From Vicugna vicugna (lineage: Eukaryota): a stretch of 64,000 bases of DNA. A model generated the notes under the pieces. It did not search any database. It was not told the origin of the DNA and worked only from the letters and a program-made list of their open reading frames with translations. The stretch lies in the NCBI GenBank assembly GCA_013265495.1, contig MU058009.1, positions 746,001 through 810,000 on the forward strand, read 5' to 3'. Below are positions 39,471-53,127 of this stretch, piece by piece. The stretch's first letter is position 1; each line of letters opens with the position of its first letter. A program made the position numbers and the translations under genes.

Positions 39471-40044
39471 CACACATATACTGTGGCTCCCAGATGCACA
39501 GCGATCATCTTGTCTTAAACTGCATTTGAAAGGCTCTCTGTGGTGTGTCCTCTTGCCAGTGAGCTCCTGTGCTTGGTGTCCGGTTCTGTCACACCCAGCT
39601 GCGTCGAACTTCGATGCTGTGGGTCCTATTGGCACTTGAGCTTTCTGACTGCTGTGTTTGTCCGTCCCCACAATGACTGTCGGGGAAAGCACTATTTCTG
39701 TTTCTCCGTCTCTGGGTGGAGAAGCACTAGGAGGCTATGACAGCAGTGGTTTGGCTGAGGTTTCGTGGCTAGTCCGTGTCAGACGCAGGACTCGAACCTC
39801 TTACTAACAGACGGGGAAGCGTTTACTCTTTCATTCTACATGTAATACAATCTCTGAGAATCCAATGCCCATCCCACCCCAATGTCCCCCTCCCTCTGTC
39901 CCCTGACCCTCTGCGTGCGCACGCGCACACACACACACACACACACAGAGGCTGTGTTGGCATCACTGGACCTGGAGATACCCTAGTCCATTTCTCTTCC
40001 TCCTCCTTACACCTAAAGATGACTTGGATACTAAGGGAGAAGAT

Positions 40045-40392
40045 TTGCAGCTCTGATAATTAGGGATGTTGAGCATGTTTTCATAGACCTTTTGACCATT
40101 TTTGTGCTCTCTTTGGAGAGATATCCAGTCAATTCCTTCGCCCCTTTTTAAATTGGGTTATTTGGTTTTTTGCTATTCTAGAAACAGGGCACAACGGTGG
40201 CTGTCGGGGGTTGGTGGGGAGGGAAGGGGGTGCTGTTCAGTGGGTGCACGAGATGAGTAAGTTCTAGAGGTCTGCCGTGCGACATTGTGCCCATAGTTAA
40301 CACTGCTGTATGCCCTTACAATGCCCTTAAAAATTTGTTTTTAAGAGAAGAAGATCTCAAGTCAAGTGTTCTTGCCATAGTAAATAAATATG
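40045..40392. mobile_element. L1 (L1MA-like) with an inverted 5' segment: antisense ORF2-end piece ~40045-40178 fused to a sense 3'UTR ~40179-40392
   Basis: gatgttgagcatgttttcatagacc...aattgggttatttgg (antisense), then gatgagtaagttctagaggtctg...catagttaacac...agatctcaagtcaagtgttcttgcca (sense) and an A-rich tail. Confidence 0.75.
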
Positions 40393-41849
40393 AATAGTGA
40401 AGAAGGAGAAGAAGGAGAAAGGGGAAGACGATGGACACAACAGGAGGAAGAGGGAAGCGACAGGGCTGTGTGCTTCTCAGGATCCTCAGACAGGTCGCGA
40501 GACCTCGAACTGTCGGAACTGGCCTCTGTATACACTTTATCTTCTCAATCCTGTCACCAAAGATGGAACCAGCCCTGGGGCTGAAAAAAACTTGTCCAGA
40601 AGGAGATCCCGAGTTGCAAGTGCAGAACTTGAACCACAGCTGGGTTTGCGTGGAGCTCCAGGCACCCGTGGTGTGAAGGTGCATCAGTTCCTGGGATGTT
40701 GCCACCAGTTTAAAGACCCTCCTCAGTTTCAAAATCAGCTCTTGTCTCCTGTCGGGAGTCCAGCTCCCTGGGCTTGACAGCCACCAGCGCAGGTCACCCG
40801 CGGCAGGTAACGGGCAGTCCTGGCTGACGGAAGTGGCTGGTTTGCCCTCTACTGTGCAAAAACCTATTGGGTCCAAATTACTTTCTGCACAAGTACACCC
40901 CGTGAGCCTGCCGTGCTGAGCCTCAGGCTGACATAGCTCAACGGTCTAACCCTCCTTATCAGCCCTGCAGAGTGTTTTCTGTGATGAAAAACAAAAGAAA
41001 GTGTGTTTACTTTGAGAATCATTCTTCTCCCATGCTGAAGGCCGGGGGTCATTTTCGGGATGGCAGGGACACATGGGAAGGCTTACTGGCCACCGGGACG
41101 AGGTCGGCCAGGGCGCTGGGGAGAGGCTTCATGTGCAGCTGGGTCGGGGCCAGAAGAGGATGTTGTCCTCTCTTGTCCCTGTGGATGAATTCATTTTGAG
41201 GGGTCTGCGCCCAGTGACATTAGACCAAACACCATTTCACAGCAAAGTGCAAGGCTCAGGGCAGATTTGCTGTTCATCTCACTGACAGATTGCACATCTC
41301 CCGACTCGGATGTGGGACCACTCCCTCCCTCCTCTTGATTTGGCGATTCTTGCAGGTGCGAGTGAGGGCAGCCACGTGCCCCTCAGACACCCGAGGCAGG
41401 GGTGGCTTCCCCAGGTGTTCCAGCACCTTCCTTCCTGACCCAGGCCCGGCTGAGGACTCCTTCTAGGAACTGACTGGGCCCAGCAGCGAGGAAATATTAT
41501 TAGAAAAGTGACTGAAAAAATGCTCACATGACAGGATTGCATTTTTTTGAAAGGGCGTGAGAGTTAAAACCAGAAACTGGAAGCAGGTTGGTGCCCAGGA
41601 GTTGACTGACCTTAGGATGCAGTGGATTTGGAAGATAAATCAAGAATCAAAATGTGTGTTAATTGGGGGAATTGGAAGCAAAAATAAGTTCTGATTAGAT
41701 GGAATGGTGTTTGGCAGGAGATAATGGAAGAAAGGGTCTGTGTGGAGCCTGGACCAGCTCTGGTGGGCAGCAGCGTTTATCTGCAGCTCCCAGTGCTGTA
41801 GCGCGGCTCCCACCCCTCCTCTCCCTGAGTCCCCAACCCTCTGCTCCAG

Positions 41850-42235
41850 CCACACGGAATGTCTTTCAGTCTTACAACCCTCCCTCCCCCATCAGCTCTT
41901 CACAGCCCCCTTTCCCACCTCCTAGAACATTCTAAGCCCATCCTCATCACTTGGTCACTAAATAGCTCTTCATTTCAGGCCCTGACCTAAATGTCACTTC
42001 CTCTAGAAGCTTCCCTGACCGCCCTCCCCTCCTCGGTTTTAGTTAGACGCTTACTCCGTGTGTCCTCAGACCGCCGGTACTTTGTCTGTCCCAGCACCCG
42101 TCAGGCCCCCTGACCCCTGTTCACTTGTCATTACTCCCCCCGCAGACTGTCGGGGGCCACGGCTACCTTCATGTTGGTCCCTCCAGCACAGGTGCTCACA
42201 AGCACTTACTATCAGTAAATTGCAAATACATTTTT
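41850..42235 (+). mobile_element. L2 LINE fragment
   Basis: cctagaacattct...cctaaatgtcacttcctctagaagcttccctgacc. Confidence 0.7.
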
Positions 42236-43344
42236 ATTTATTCTAACGAGGCAGTGTTTTTCCCGTGCCCTGAAGAGAGTGCCAAAGGACAAGAAAGGTC
42301 AAGCTTAGCCCCATACAGGGTCATCCTGCTGTCCAAAGGAGTCAGTCTTGTCCCCTCAACAGACTGGAAGTCCCTCGGGGATGGAAGCAATGTGTTCTGC
42401 TCACCTCGCTCTCCCTCCGTAGGCTGTTCCCTCCCACAAAGCCCAGCTACAATGGTTGCTTAATCAAAAAGGTGCTGTCTGATGGCGACGGTTAGCTCTC
42501 AGAAAGACGGTGTGATCTCTGCGTTAAGGGATAAAGCAGTTTGCTTCAAACTTGTCTGAGTGTTTGGAATCAGACAAGAGTCCTTTTTAAAATGGGAAAA
42601 TGGGACCTTAATGGGGCTCGCCCTCTTTCTTTCCCTACAGAAGACGAAGCGGGCATTTCATTCCGTTGGAGACGCCGTCTGCCGCAAAGAACCCTTGGGA
42701 TTCAAGAGGGATTATCTGGCCGCTGGAGGGCCCTTACATTTTCCCGTGTAATGCAATTGAAACCGATTCACAACGACTAAATAATTAATGCCACGTGGTA
42801 CAGAGTGTGCTCCCCAAGGTCTGTCACAATTTTTTAAAAAATTCAGAGTTTCAAGAAGACCAGACTTAATTGACTGTGTGTTTTGCTTCTTCCACAAAAG
42901 CATGAGATGAATAATTTCCCCACATCATAGCTTAACATTTCCCTATAAATCGGGCATCTGTTAACATGGATTATTATGTACGTGATGCTACAGAGATTAG
43001 GCTGCGACACTCACCCCAAAAGCTGGCTTTTCTCAAGGAATGACTCATGAAAAAATGGGAGTGAGAATCCAGGGAGAAAAAATATTGAGGGAAAAGTCTG
43101 AAAGGACGAGAAGTCAGGAGTAAGCTTGGCAGTTTGGAGTCAGGGGATGAGTAGTGAGCATTCAACAACATTTATCACGGACCTACGATGTGTCCTCTGT
43201 GCTGGGGGCTCGGCGTACAGACAACAGCTAACAATGGCAAGGGCAGCAGCCTAGCCCACTAAGGGCCAGGACTGTGTCTTTTTTACCGTAAGTCCTAGAA
43301 CCCTAGATCAGAGCCGGACCTGCAGTAGGTGTGTAATAGCAGTA

Positions 43345-43555
43345 AGGACACGGGGAGTGTTTACTGATGGTTTTGAGAACTTTTCATCTATTATCATCTT
43401 TAGTCCTCACAACGTTGTCAGGTCATCAGTAGCACTACCCCGTATCTTACAGCTGCGGAAACTGAGGCCGAGTGGGATTAAGTAGCCTGAGGTCACTAGG
43501 GATGGGAGTAAAGCCCCAGTCCGTCTGACACCAAGTCTGATGTGAAAACTGCACC
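43345..43555 (-). mobile_element. MIR SINE
   Basis: ttagtcctcacaac...ttacagctgcggaaactgaggc...aagtagcctgaggtcac. Confidence 0.8.
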
Positions 43556-44075
43556 CCCAATCATTAAGCTCTGCTCGGTGAGGGGGATGGTCCTGCCATC
43601 TGGGTGTTCACACCTAGTGCCAGAAATAAATGTGCAAGCAAGTAGCCAAAATAAAAGCAATGAAATGGGAGAAAGAGAACTTCTGTTGTTATCTCCTGTC
43701 TGCCTCGACAATTCTGGAAAGCGTCACACGGAAGGAAAACTTGAGCTGGTTCATGAAGGTGATGCGAAGCAGAGCCACGGGTGACCCCCAAAAGACGTGC
43801 CGCGTGGGTGGGATACAGGCCTTGGCTGTCATGGGTCATATGGGATGATCTGTGACTAGACAACATCCAGTCTTATTCTCCCTGTGGGACTGTGATGAGA
43901 CGGCTTCTTTCGAACTATAATTAAGAGCAATTATATATGCTTCTAACTTTTTAGAATACATACATATTGAATTGTGCCCATGTAGCAAAGGGTACAGCCA
44001 AGTGAATCTTCATCAGCTGAACACGAATCCAGAAACAGAATGTCACCTGCATCCCAGTTACCCCCCGAATGCCCC

Positions 44076-44544
44076 TGTATTAGTTTCTCAGGGCTGCTGT
44101 AACGAATTACCACAACCCAGATGGCTTAGAACAACAGACACGTGTCCCCTCGTGATTCTGGAGGCTCAAAGTCTGAAATCAAGGCATTGGCGTGACTGGT
44201 TTCCTCTGAGGATCTGAGGGAGAGTCGTTTCCATGCCTCTCGCCTGCCTTCTGGCGCCTGTCAGCAATCCTCAGCGTGGCCTGGCTTGTAGGTGAATCAG
44301 TCCAACCTCCGTCTCCATCTTCACACGGCCTTCCCTCTGTGTGTTTCCATGCTCCCTCTCCTTTCTCTCATAAGGACACCAGACATTGGATTTAAGGCCA
44401 CCCAGAGCCAGAATGAGCTCATCTTGAAATCCTTAACTAAATTACATCTCCAGAGACCCTATTCCCAAATAAACTCACATTTACAACCATCCAGGGTAAG
44501 GACTTGGACACGCATTTCTGGGAGGCACAATTTAACCCATTTCA
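44076..44544 (-). mobile_element. MaLR solo LTR (MLT1C-like) nested in an ancient L1 fragment (~43900-45000)
   Basis: tgtattagtttctcagggctgctgtaacgaattaccacaa...ttctggaggctcaaagtctgaaatcaagg...cacaatttaacccatttca; 5-bp TSD gcccc/gtccc. Confidence 0.9.
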
Positions 44545-45963
44545 GTCCCTTTTTAGTTGCACCTTCCCCAAGGGCAGCACTGTCCTGTTTTTGTTTTTTT
44601 TTTTTTAACAACTTTACTTTTAAAAAAAAAGGTTTTTTTTAAAACTTCACACAAAAGGAGTCATACAGTTCGTTCTAGTTGTGTTTGCTTCCTTGTTCTC
44701 AAAATGCATTTGTGAGATTCATTTACGTCACTGCATGGGGCTCTAGAAAATGTATTATCATTGCTGTATAGTGTTTCTTTGTGGGACTATAACATAAGTC
44801 ATTCATTGTACCCTTTGGGGTATTTAATTTGTTTCACTTTGGTGTTGTTACAAATAGTGCTGCTCTGAACATCTCTGCACACTTTTTTTTGCAGTGCGCT
44901 TATATGGATTTATGTTGGGAAAGCATCCAGGAGAGGCCTTGCTAGGTCATAGGTTATACATGATCAGTCTAAGTGGAACTGCCAGTTTTCCAATGTGGTT
45001 ACTCAAAATTTGGTTGAAACCGAGGAGTAGCGTGATCTGATTTACACATTTGCAATGGCACAGGGTGTAGCTTCGAGACACCGCTCACAAAAGAAAGTAC
45101 GAAGAAATAAATCTAAAAGAAAGTTGGGATCAGAGTATGAAGGGTTCGAATTCTTAGCTTAGAAGTTTGGGCTCCTTTTGTCAGGAAAAATGCTACTTTG
45201 TTTTAAAAGTAGGAGAATGACATATTAGATTTATTCCTCAGGGAGATAAATAGGAGACAGTCAGGAGGAGATATTGTAATCAGGAGAAGGTCCTGATGCT
45301 GTGAGCCAGGGGATGTGAAGAGAAGGACGCGGGGAGATGGACGGGAGGACCGTGAGTGGTGCAGTGCCCGGGCAGCTCCCCAGTGCGGTGCGTGGGGGAA
45401 AGGGAGTTGTGAGGGATGGCCTCCAGATCTGCAGCATCTCCAAGACACTTTGTCCGGGGCAGTGGAACTTGGAGTGGACTTAACTTGCCATGTTCACGCC
45501 AACACTCTGGATGGGGCGTGTTGGGTTAAAATGTTTGCTCTCTTGGCTGAATTTGTCAAAGGACTTTGCTCTGGGGCAATGAAAAGCCCTTATCACCAAC
45601 ACGTGCATCTCTCCACCTCGGACAGAGAGCCCTGAGGCCACCAGGAAATGTGCCCTCACCTCTGTATCTCTACCCATCGGGAAGGAGAGAAAAGCGAAGC
45701 TAGACTCATTTGATCAACATTTAAGAGTGTTACGTTGATCATAAGTGTGCCGAGGGAATTAAGGGGATGTGGAGAAGAAGCACTTGATCTGACTAGGGAT
45801 GTCAGGGAGGATCATGCTGGGGAACACTTCAGCTGGGTTTTGAAAGATGAGCAGGAGTTCTCAGAAGGAGAAAGACTGGGGAATTGAGGCTGGAGAGTGG
45901 ACTTGGGTGAAGGTCAGGAAAATAGGTCATTCCCAGCAGAGGACGTAGCAAGTGCAAAGGTAC

Positions 45964-46420
45964 TGAAAGAGTAGAAAATTAACAAGATGGCTCCTGAGTG
46001 GCTCAGGCCAGTACTTGCAGCTAAACTGATCTTGTGACTAACATGCTCCCCGCCCTGTGCACTCTTTTCTTAGAATAACTTATCCTTTTACCCTAGAGGT
46101 CTTGAAAGAAGATCATGGACTGAACCTCAAGAAAATGGGCAGATCCTCCTAAATTCCTCCGTAACAACAGCAAGTTCTTATTAAGATGAAAGGAATGTAG
46201 CCCCTGCTCACACCCTGATTGCTATCACCCTGCTGTTCCCATTTTTCTATAAGACCCCAGGACTCTCACTCCAAGGTGGGCTCACAGTCGTTAAGGCACC
46301 AGCCAGCTGTGACCCCCTTTGCCTGTAAAGCAATAAAGCTGTTCTTTCTTAATTCTCCCCAAACTCTGCCTCCTACTTTAATTCAGATAACGGGGTACAG
46401 AGGCCAACTTTTTGGCAATA
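45964..46420 (+). mobile_element. Solo ERV LTR (ERV1-like, 457 bp) inserted into an L2
   Basis: Starts tgaaag and ends ggcaata; TATA-like ctataag ~46247, AATAAA 46332-46337; 4-bp TSD gtac/atac splits the L2 motif gtgcaaagg...tac.aagg. Confidence 0.8.
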
Positions 46421-48891
46421 ATACTAAGGAATGGAAAATAATAGCTGAAAGATACTGTGCCTTTACTGGTACCACGCCCAGCGCTAAGACCTGGATCTAG
46501 GCTTACTCGCTGGGTCATTCCCACAACCCACCCAAGCAAGTGCACTTACTGTTTTCATTTTGCAGATGGAAAAAAAAAAAAAATGAAACGTAGGGAGGTC
46601 AAGCTATTCAACCCAAGGACACACAGGGGGAGACAGAGGAGGAGTTCTGACCCTGGGGCTCAGGTCTCTGATCACTGTGAGCTCCCCTGCCCTGGGAACG
46701 GTGTGGACATGTATGCAGGCAGCTTACGTCTTGCTCACAATGATGTCACGGCAGGTAAACGCGTCATCCTCAGCCAGGATGGCTGGCAGCCGATCATTTT
46801 CCAAAATCCTCTTCCAGCCCATGCCCAGAGAAGCAGGAGGGCCACATTAAGACTTTGAAAAATGCTGGTGACATTTACCTATGTTGGTTCATGAGAGTAA
46901 AAATATCCCTTCTTGACCCCCTCATTTAACCCCTTCTCCTGGGCTCAGCATCCCTTGATTTTGCCTCTGCTCCATTTTTTTTTTCTCTTTGAAGATGCAT
47001 CAGGTCTCAAGTTCAGCTTAATCCAACTGCTAGATGTATTATTCATTTCTACACTTTAATGATGTGATAAGGTTTCTGGAAATAGGAAAAGGCTCATTAA
47101 ACTGTCATTTGAATATAGATCACACCTAAATTCTAAGGAAGACAAAGTCTGCCAGCCGGGGAATGCATTTTCCTTCTCAACACAGCTCTCTACAAACTGA
47201 GAAGGCAGCAAGAAGCTTTTCAAAGACAAGATTCTTCAGATTAGCATGTATTCGTGATTTATTCTGTAATTAACGATAACTCATAAACCGAATGAAGATG
47301 CAGAGAGACAGCAGATGAATACCGGCCAAATGAAGAAGGAATCGGGATGTCAGACGTGGTGAGATGTGTGTTTCGTCCCTGTCTGTGATAAGTGGTTTGA
47401 TCAGGCAGGCTCCATTTGAGGTAGAGGAGTAGGTAGGGATTTTAATTTGACTCACAGGGCTCAGAGCACGACGTCATCCCTGGCTGCCAGAAACTGATTT
47501 GACAATACAGCTTGCCTGCAGCGTTCCCTCTGTGTTTGCCTTTAGGTTTGAGAAGATGCTAGAAAATGCAATAGTGCAAGAGAATTCAATGCCAGATGCT
47601 GGTGGTGCTGGAGTTTCTCCCTCTCTCAAACTGCAGAGCATCTGAAAATAACTACTTAACTTATATACTGAAACTTGTTTTGTACCAGACCCTGGTCTAA
47701 GCACTCAACATGCATTTTCTCATTCGTTTCTCACTCATCTTTATGAGATAGGTCAGTTTCCCCCTTAGACTCAGACAAAGGAGGTCCCTACTTCGACTCC
47801 CTGCTTCAGTGGGTTGATTTTGGCTCTTTGCCATATGTGTCACTCCTCAGAGGGTAAGAATCTGCTCTATGAGGACAAAAGGACATACCCACCAGGCACC
47901 TGGGACCCTGGTTTCCTTTCCTAACATCCTCAAGTTGAATTGAGGTTCTGAGCAGACCTCGTACCTGGGTCTTTCCTTGCTGGAAGACTGTGTTCTCAAC
48001 GTGGTCCTGGGTCTCCAAGCCAGGACTGGACCCCCCTGCATGGCTGACGGACACACAGAGTGTTTTGTGCAGGCTGGGCTGTCAGTCAACTTACTTTTAT
48101 GTAACTCATAACGTGGGATGGAGCCAGGGGTGGGAAGAGAATGGGAAGAGAGTCATCCACGAGCAGAAGCTTAGGCACTGTCTCCCTGACAGCATCCCAT
48201 TTCAGCAAGGACCTCCTGGGAGTCCAAGTGTTCTGCGCTCAGTCCTTGTGCCTCCAGATTGTTACACACCTGCATTTGCCCAGTGAGGAGGATAAGATAT
48301 GTTTTACTCAAAGATCTGTTAGCTTCATTTTTACTTTGGAATATTCTGATGCATGATCTGTAAGCTGCTATTCGTATTCTTCCTCTGGACCTTAAAAATG
48401 TTAGGGATGGGCTCTGTGTAGGCTTAGGAATATCCATATTTTATGAATGGAAAATGGAGAGTTTAGTCATTTGCCAGTAAGTGCTGATGTCAGAATTTGA
48501 ATCCAGGCAGTGTTACTGCAGCACACTCGACCGGTATCTGATTCCTCCTGGTGGCAGGTGTCACCATGGGGAGGTGCCAGGTCAGCTGATATTCTGATGG
48601 GACTAGAGCCACTAGACAAACATGGACTCCCTTCCTCTCCTGCAGTATTTTAGGAGCAGTGGAGATGAGAAAACATGTGTGCACCACTCCATCAGTGGCC
48701 TTGCCAAAAATCTATGGCCTGACTTTAATTATGAGGAGATAGACAGTCCGGCATATCCAAAGTGGAGGGTGTGATGGGCAGATTGCTAAGGTGGACCCCA
48801 GATCCTTCAGTTGTGCGTTCCCTGTGTTATCACCCACATTGGAGGGGCAGGGCCTGTGGATGATGGACAGTCCCTCCCTTGATTGTTCACA

Positions 48892-49047
48892 TACACTTGG
48901 CCCTCTGTACCCAGGGGTTTCAGATGCAGAACCTGTGGACATGGATGTCCGTCTGTACTAGACAATTTTATGGAAGTCCATTTAGAAGGGACTGGAGCAT
49001 CTGTGGATTTTGGTATTCATGGCAAGGGCAGGTGGGTCCTGGAACCA
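48892..49047. mobile_element. TcMar-Tigger derivative fragment
   Basis: ggccctctgtacccagggg...agggactggagcatctgtggattttggtattc...gtcctggaacca. Confidence 0.7.
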
Positions 49048-49054
49048 AGCCTGG

Positions 49055-49554
49055 TGAATATTTTATATGGCAAAGGTGAAAGGATTTTGCTGATGTAATT
49101 AAAGTCCCTAATCAGTTGACTTTTAGATGATTACTTGGAAGGAGATTTTGCTGGGTGGACTTGACTCAGTCAGTAAGAGGAGCTTAAATAAAGGCTCAGC
49201 CCTTTCCCTTGGGAGAGAAGCAGCAGCAAACATTCTCCTTTTAGCTGTGAAGAAGGAAACTGCCATGCAGAGGACACATGGCAGATGGAGGACTTAGGAA
49301 CTGAGAGCCTCAGATCGACACCTGCAAGGAAATGAATTCTTCTAACAACCAGTGAGCTTGGAAGAGAGCCCTGACCCTCAGAGGAGATCTCAGCCCCAGC
49401 CAGTACCTCGATTTCAGCCTGGTGAGGCTCTGTGCAGAAGACCAAACAACCAGGCTCAGGCTCCCACCCCCTGGAAACTGGGAGGCAGGGAAAGTATTAT
49501 TTTAAGCTGCTAAATGTATGGTAATTTGTTTCACAGCAACAGGAAACTAATACA
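49055..49554 (+). mobile_element. MaLR LTR (MLT1E/F-like)
   Basis: gattttgctgatgtaattaaagtccctaatcagttgac...caaggaaatgaattcttctaacaacc...tttaagctgctaaatgtatggtaatttgtttcacagcaacaggaaactaataca. Confidence 0.85.
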
Positions 49555-50264
49555 AGGGGCATTTTACAAGGCAACTGGTTTGTACTCTTCAAAAAATCAT
49601 TATCATAAAAAGCAACAAACATAGAGGTAGGGGGAGGATTCTAGTTTAAGAGCAGCTAGAGAGCAAGCGAATCACAACAAAGAACACCAACAAGAAAGCA
49701 AGCCCTCCGGGCTGGCAGTGATTTATGGGCGCTTAGTCACACTGAGCCTTGGAAACTGGCTTTCTGTTTTCCCTCTTTCTCATGTGCCCTTTTCCTGCCA
49801 GAGACCACTGCTCTCCATTTTGGGCAGAGGTTGGGCCTTATGGCTTTGATCTTCACAAGGTCCCCATCATGGATGGGGACAGTTACTCAAAACTGATGAC
49901 ACTGTCCATGAGCTGTAGAGAGCTGACCTCCATCTCCGGCAGCAGCTGGAAGGCTGGGATTTAACGGCAGTGGTGGGGTCGTGGGAAGAAACGTGAAGGG
50001 CCCGCATCCATCTTCCTCTCCCATAGCTCTGAGGGTTTGGCCGGTGGGGGTCCAAGTTGCTTCGACAAATTTATTATGACAGCCTAATATGCTGGGACCA
50101 TGACAATACTTTTGCAACAAGGCAATTGTGCGCAGGAAGCCCCAGATGAAGTTTGCCTGCAGTCATTTCCCCACTATCAGACCCTACTCCCCACGTCACC
50201 TGTTGTCATTTTCAGGGAGGGAAAAGTACCAGAAGTGGAATTTACATGAGGGTGTGAATTACTT

Positions 50265-50614
50265 CTCTATGGATCAAATTGTGTCCCTGCAAATTCATAT
50301 ACTGAAGCCCTAACTCCCTACATGACTGTATTTTAGGAGGTAATTAAGGATCCTCATCTGATAGGCTCGGTGGCCTTACAAGAAGGGGAAGAGAGAGAGA
50401 GCTCTCTGTATGCACACACTGAGAAAAGGCCATGTGAGGACACGGTACGAAGGCGGCCGTCAGCAGCCCACGGGGAGAATCTCACCAGACGCTGGCCCTG
50501 CTCACACCTTGATCCTGGACTTTACAGCCTCAGGAACTGTGAGAACACAGATTTCTGTTGTTTTGGGCTCCTAGTCCACGGTATTTTGCTATGGCAGCCT
50601 GAGCTGATGAATAC
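50265..50614 (+). mobile_element. MaLR LTR (MLT1A/B-like)
   Basis: aaattcatatactgaagccctaactcc...aaggccatgtgaggacac...accttgatcctggacttt.cagcctc.ggaactgtgagaa...ggtattttgctatggcagcctgagctga. Confidence 0.85.
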
Positions 50615-51849
50615 AGACCTGGAAATGCGGGTTTTGCACTAAAAAGAAAGGATTACTGGGTGAGCCCAATGCTTAACCCACATGAAAATCTCTGTAATGG
50701 TGGAATTTCAATCTTTGTGACAAATTGATACTGGATGTCAATTTTAAGATCTCTAGAGAGATCTAATTATTTTACAGACGAGGCTGAGTCTATTAAAGGA
50801 ATTGCAAAACATATACACGCACACACACACACACACACACAAAACTCCAGAATAGCTGGATGGTAAACACACCAAGACAGAAGAGATTTATGGGTAGAAG
50901 TATGTTTCATTCATTCATTCAGTAAGTAGGTACTAATCACCATAAACTAAGGGTATATGACAAGTGTGATATTTTTCTGCTCAACGTGAGTATGCAAAGA
51001 AATATAAAGCCCTGTCTTTGAAGAGGTTCCAGACATGGACAGTCTCAGGACAGTGCCCCTGCTGTTTATTAAACTCCTAAAACGAACCTGGCCCTGTGTT
51101 AACATGACTCCTCTTAGACGCGCTCATTTATATAACCAGTCAAAGTGTGTACAACTACTTCCATTTTGTATGTGTTCCACTGAGTCCCAGAGAATTTAAA
51201 TACCTTCCCCACAGACACACAGACAGAACCAAGGCTTGTTTGCCCTCCAACATAGATAACACATTCATCATGAATAAGGTAGTGTCTGATTAACCACGTC
51301 CCCGGAAGAGAGAAACAGGCTATAAAGTGTTAGAGAAATTCAGAATTAGATATTGCAGCTAATAGTCAGGGGAAGCTTCATGGAGAAAGTAGCTTTATAT
51401 AGATGAAGCAGAAATGTGAGAGAGGACAAGCGAGGTGGCTAAAAAGGGCTAAGCAGGGGCCAGTGATGGGTACAAGCTGAGGGGAGGCAGTGAGATGCCC
51501 AAACTGGCCACAGCAGCAAAGATTCGTTTAATAGTGTTGACAGAGTCAAACTAAACAAGGAAGTGGTGAGTAGGAGGGTTCAGGGGCAGAGAGGTTCTCC
51601 CTGCTATTGTCTGTTGCTGTTCAGGATATAACAGCACTGGTGGAGGCCAGTGGCCAGCCTCGGAGCTGGTGTGCTAATCCAGGCAGGAGCTGGCGGAAGT
51701 CTGCACCATGGAGGTGAGCCCTCACGTTATACTGCCCAGGTAGGACGGGGAGGGGGGTCCTGATCTGCCACCTTGTGCTGCTGAAAGGAGGGGAGAAGAG
51801 ACGAGTGCTTTTAACGATGATGAAGAAGGAGAGGATGATGATGTTAGGG

Positions 51850-52065
51850 ATGACGTGTGGTTAGCAATTGCCACGGTCCGTGCCCCGGAGGAATTGCTGC
51901 TGTGGGTAAACTCATCACAGCAGCTTTGTGAGACAGACACGGTTAACACCTCCGTTTGACAGAGGAGAAACAAGTTCCAAGAGGTTAGGTCATTGGTCCA
52001 AGTTCCCACAGCCTGTGAGCGACAGGAACAGGGTCTGAGCCCAGACTGTAGAGCAAGGGCCCAGA
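51850..52065 (-). mobile_element. MIR SINE
   Basis: tccgtttgacagaggagaaacaagttccaagaggttaggtcattggtccaagttcccacagc. Confidence 0.75.
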
Positions 52066-53127
52066 GCTGAGAACAGGGAGATTCTTGCAGCTGCGAGATT
52101 CCAGTGTGGGAGGGTCTTGGAACTTCCTGTCCGTCTTTGTCATCCTGTAGCCCACACCAGACGGGCCGTGGCGAATACGCAGAAAATACCCAGGCACCTA
52201 ATTGATGAAAAGGGTTTTGAAAATGTCTCCATGTCCCCTAAAATAAGACGTGCCGGCTCCTCCTGCTGCTTCAGATCTTCTTTATCTTTTAACCATTTTT
52301 CTCTTCAAATTTAACTCTGCTGCCTTCTGCACTGAGGATTACCTAAAGGCCAAGTTTGACATTCTTAATCCAACCATTTCTGAGTTATCTGAGAACAGAA
52401 AAGGTACAGGGATAAATGCTTGGAGCGTTAACGCTGGCGGTGCCAGAGGGAACTGAAATGGGAAACTCCTTTCTGGAGGGCTCTGCAGGGCTCAGGGCTC
52501 TGGGATCCCCAACAGGCTGGGTGTGCTAACCTCTCCTTTTGGGTCGCAGAACCCCTGTTTGTTTGGGCTGTTTTTTCCTTTTTTAAAAAAAAACTGCCTA
52601 CAGATAAACCACATGGTCACTGAAACTGCTGGGAAGACATCGTTTTTCAAAAACAGCCTAGCTGGAGGAACCGGGGCCATGGGAAGGCATTGGGAACCTC
52701 AGCTGTCAGGGAAAATCAACAGATGTTTATTTTCTTGACACCTGCCATGAGCCCTGTGAAGGACAGACCAGGAGGAAGATGCACAAGAAATTACCTCTGG
52801 ACATGATCTAAACCTACAGGAAGCGTTACATCAATTCAGTCCTGACCGAGCACTTACAGCGCAGCAGCCTTGGTGCTCTGTGCTCACCGGTAAGTCAACA
52901 ATGAACAAAGTAGACTGTGTCTCCCGCCCTCACGGAATTCATATTTTAGCCTATTTATACGGGATTAAACCCTATTTTCTTTTCGATTATATTCTGAATA
53001 GCAACAGAAAATAGCAGGGAGGCATAGTGGAAATGCATTCTTCACCTGAATTAAGAGGTGATATGGAATTCTAACACATTGTTCATTGTGTGGTAGCGAC
53101 AATGACAGAGTGGGCACTCACAAACTT

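Noticed and set aside
38701..39692. Long overlapping ORFs (258 and 246 aa minus, 145 aa plus)
   Set aside because: Non-ATG starts in the ORF track, no recognisable domain, several frames open at once as expected for GC-rich DNA; a non-coding first exon is the simpler reading
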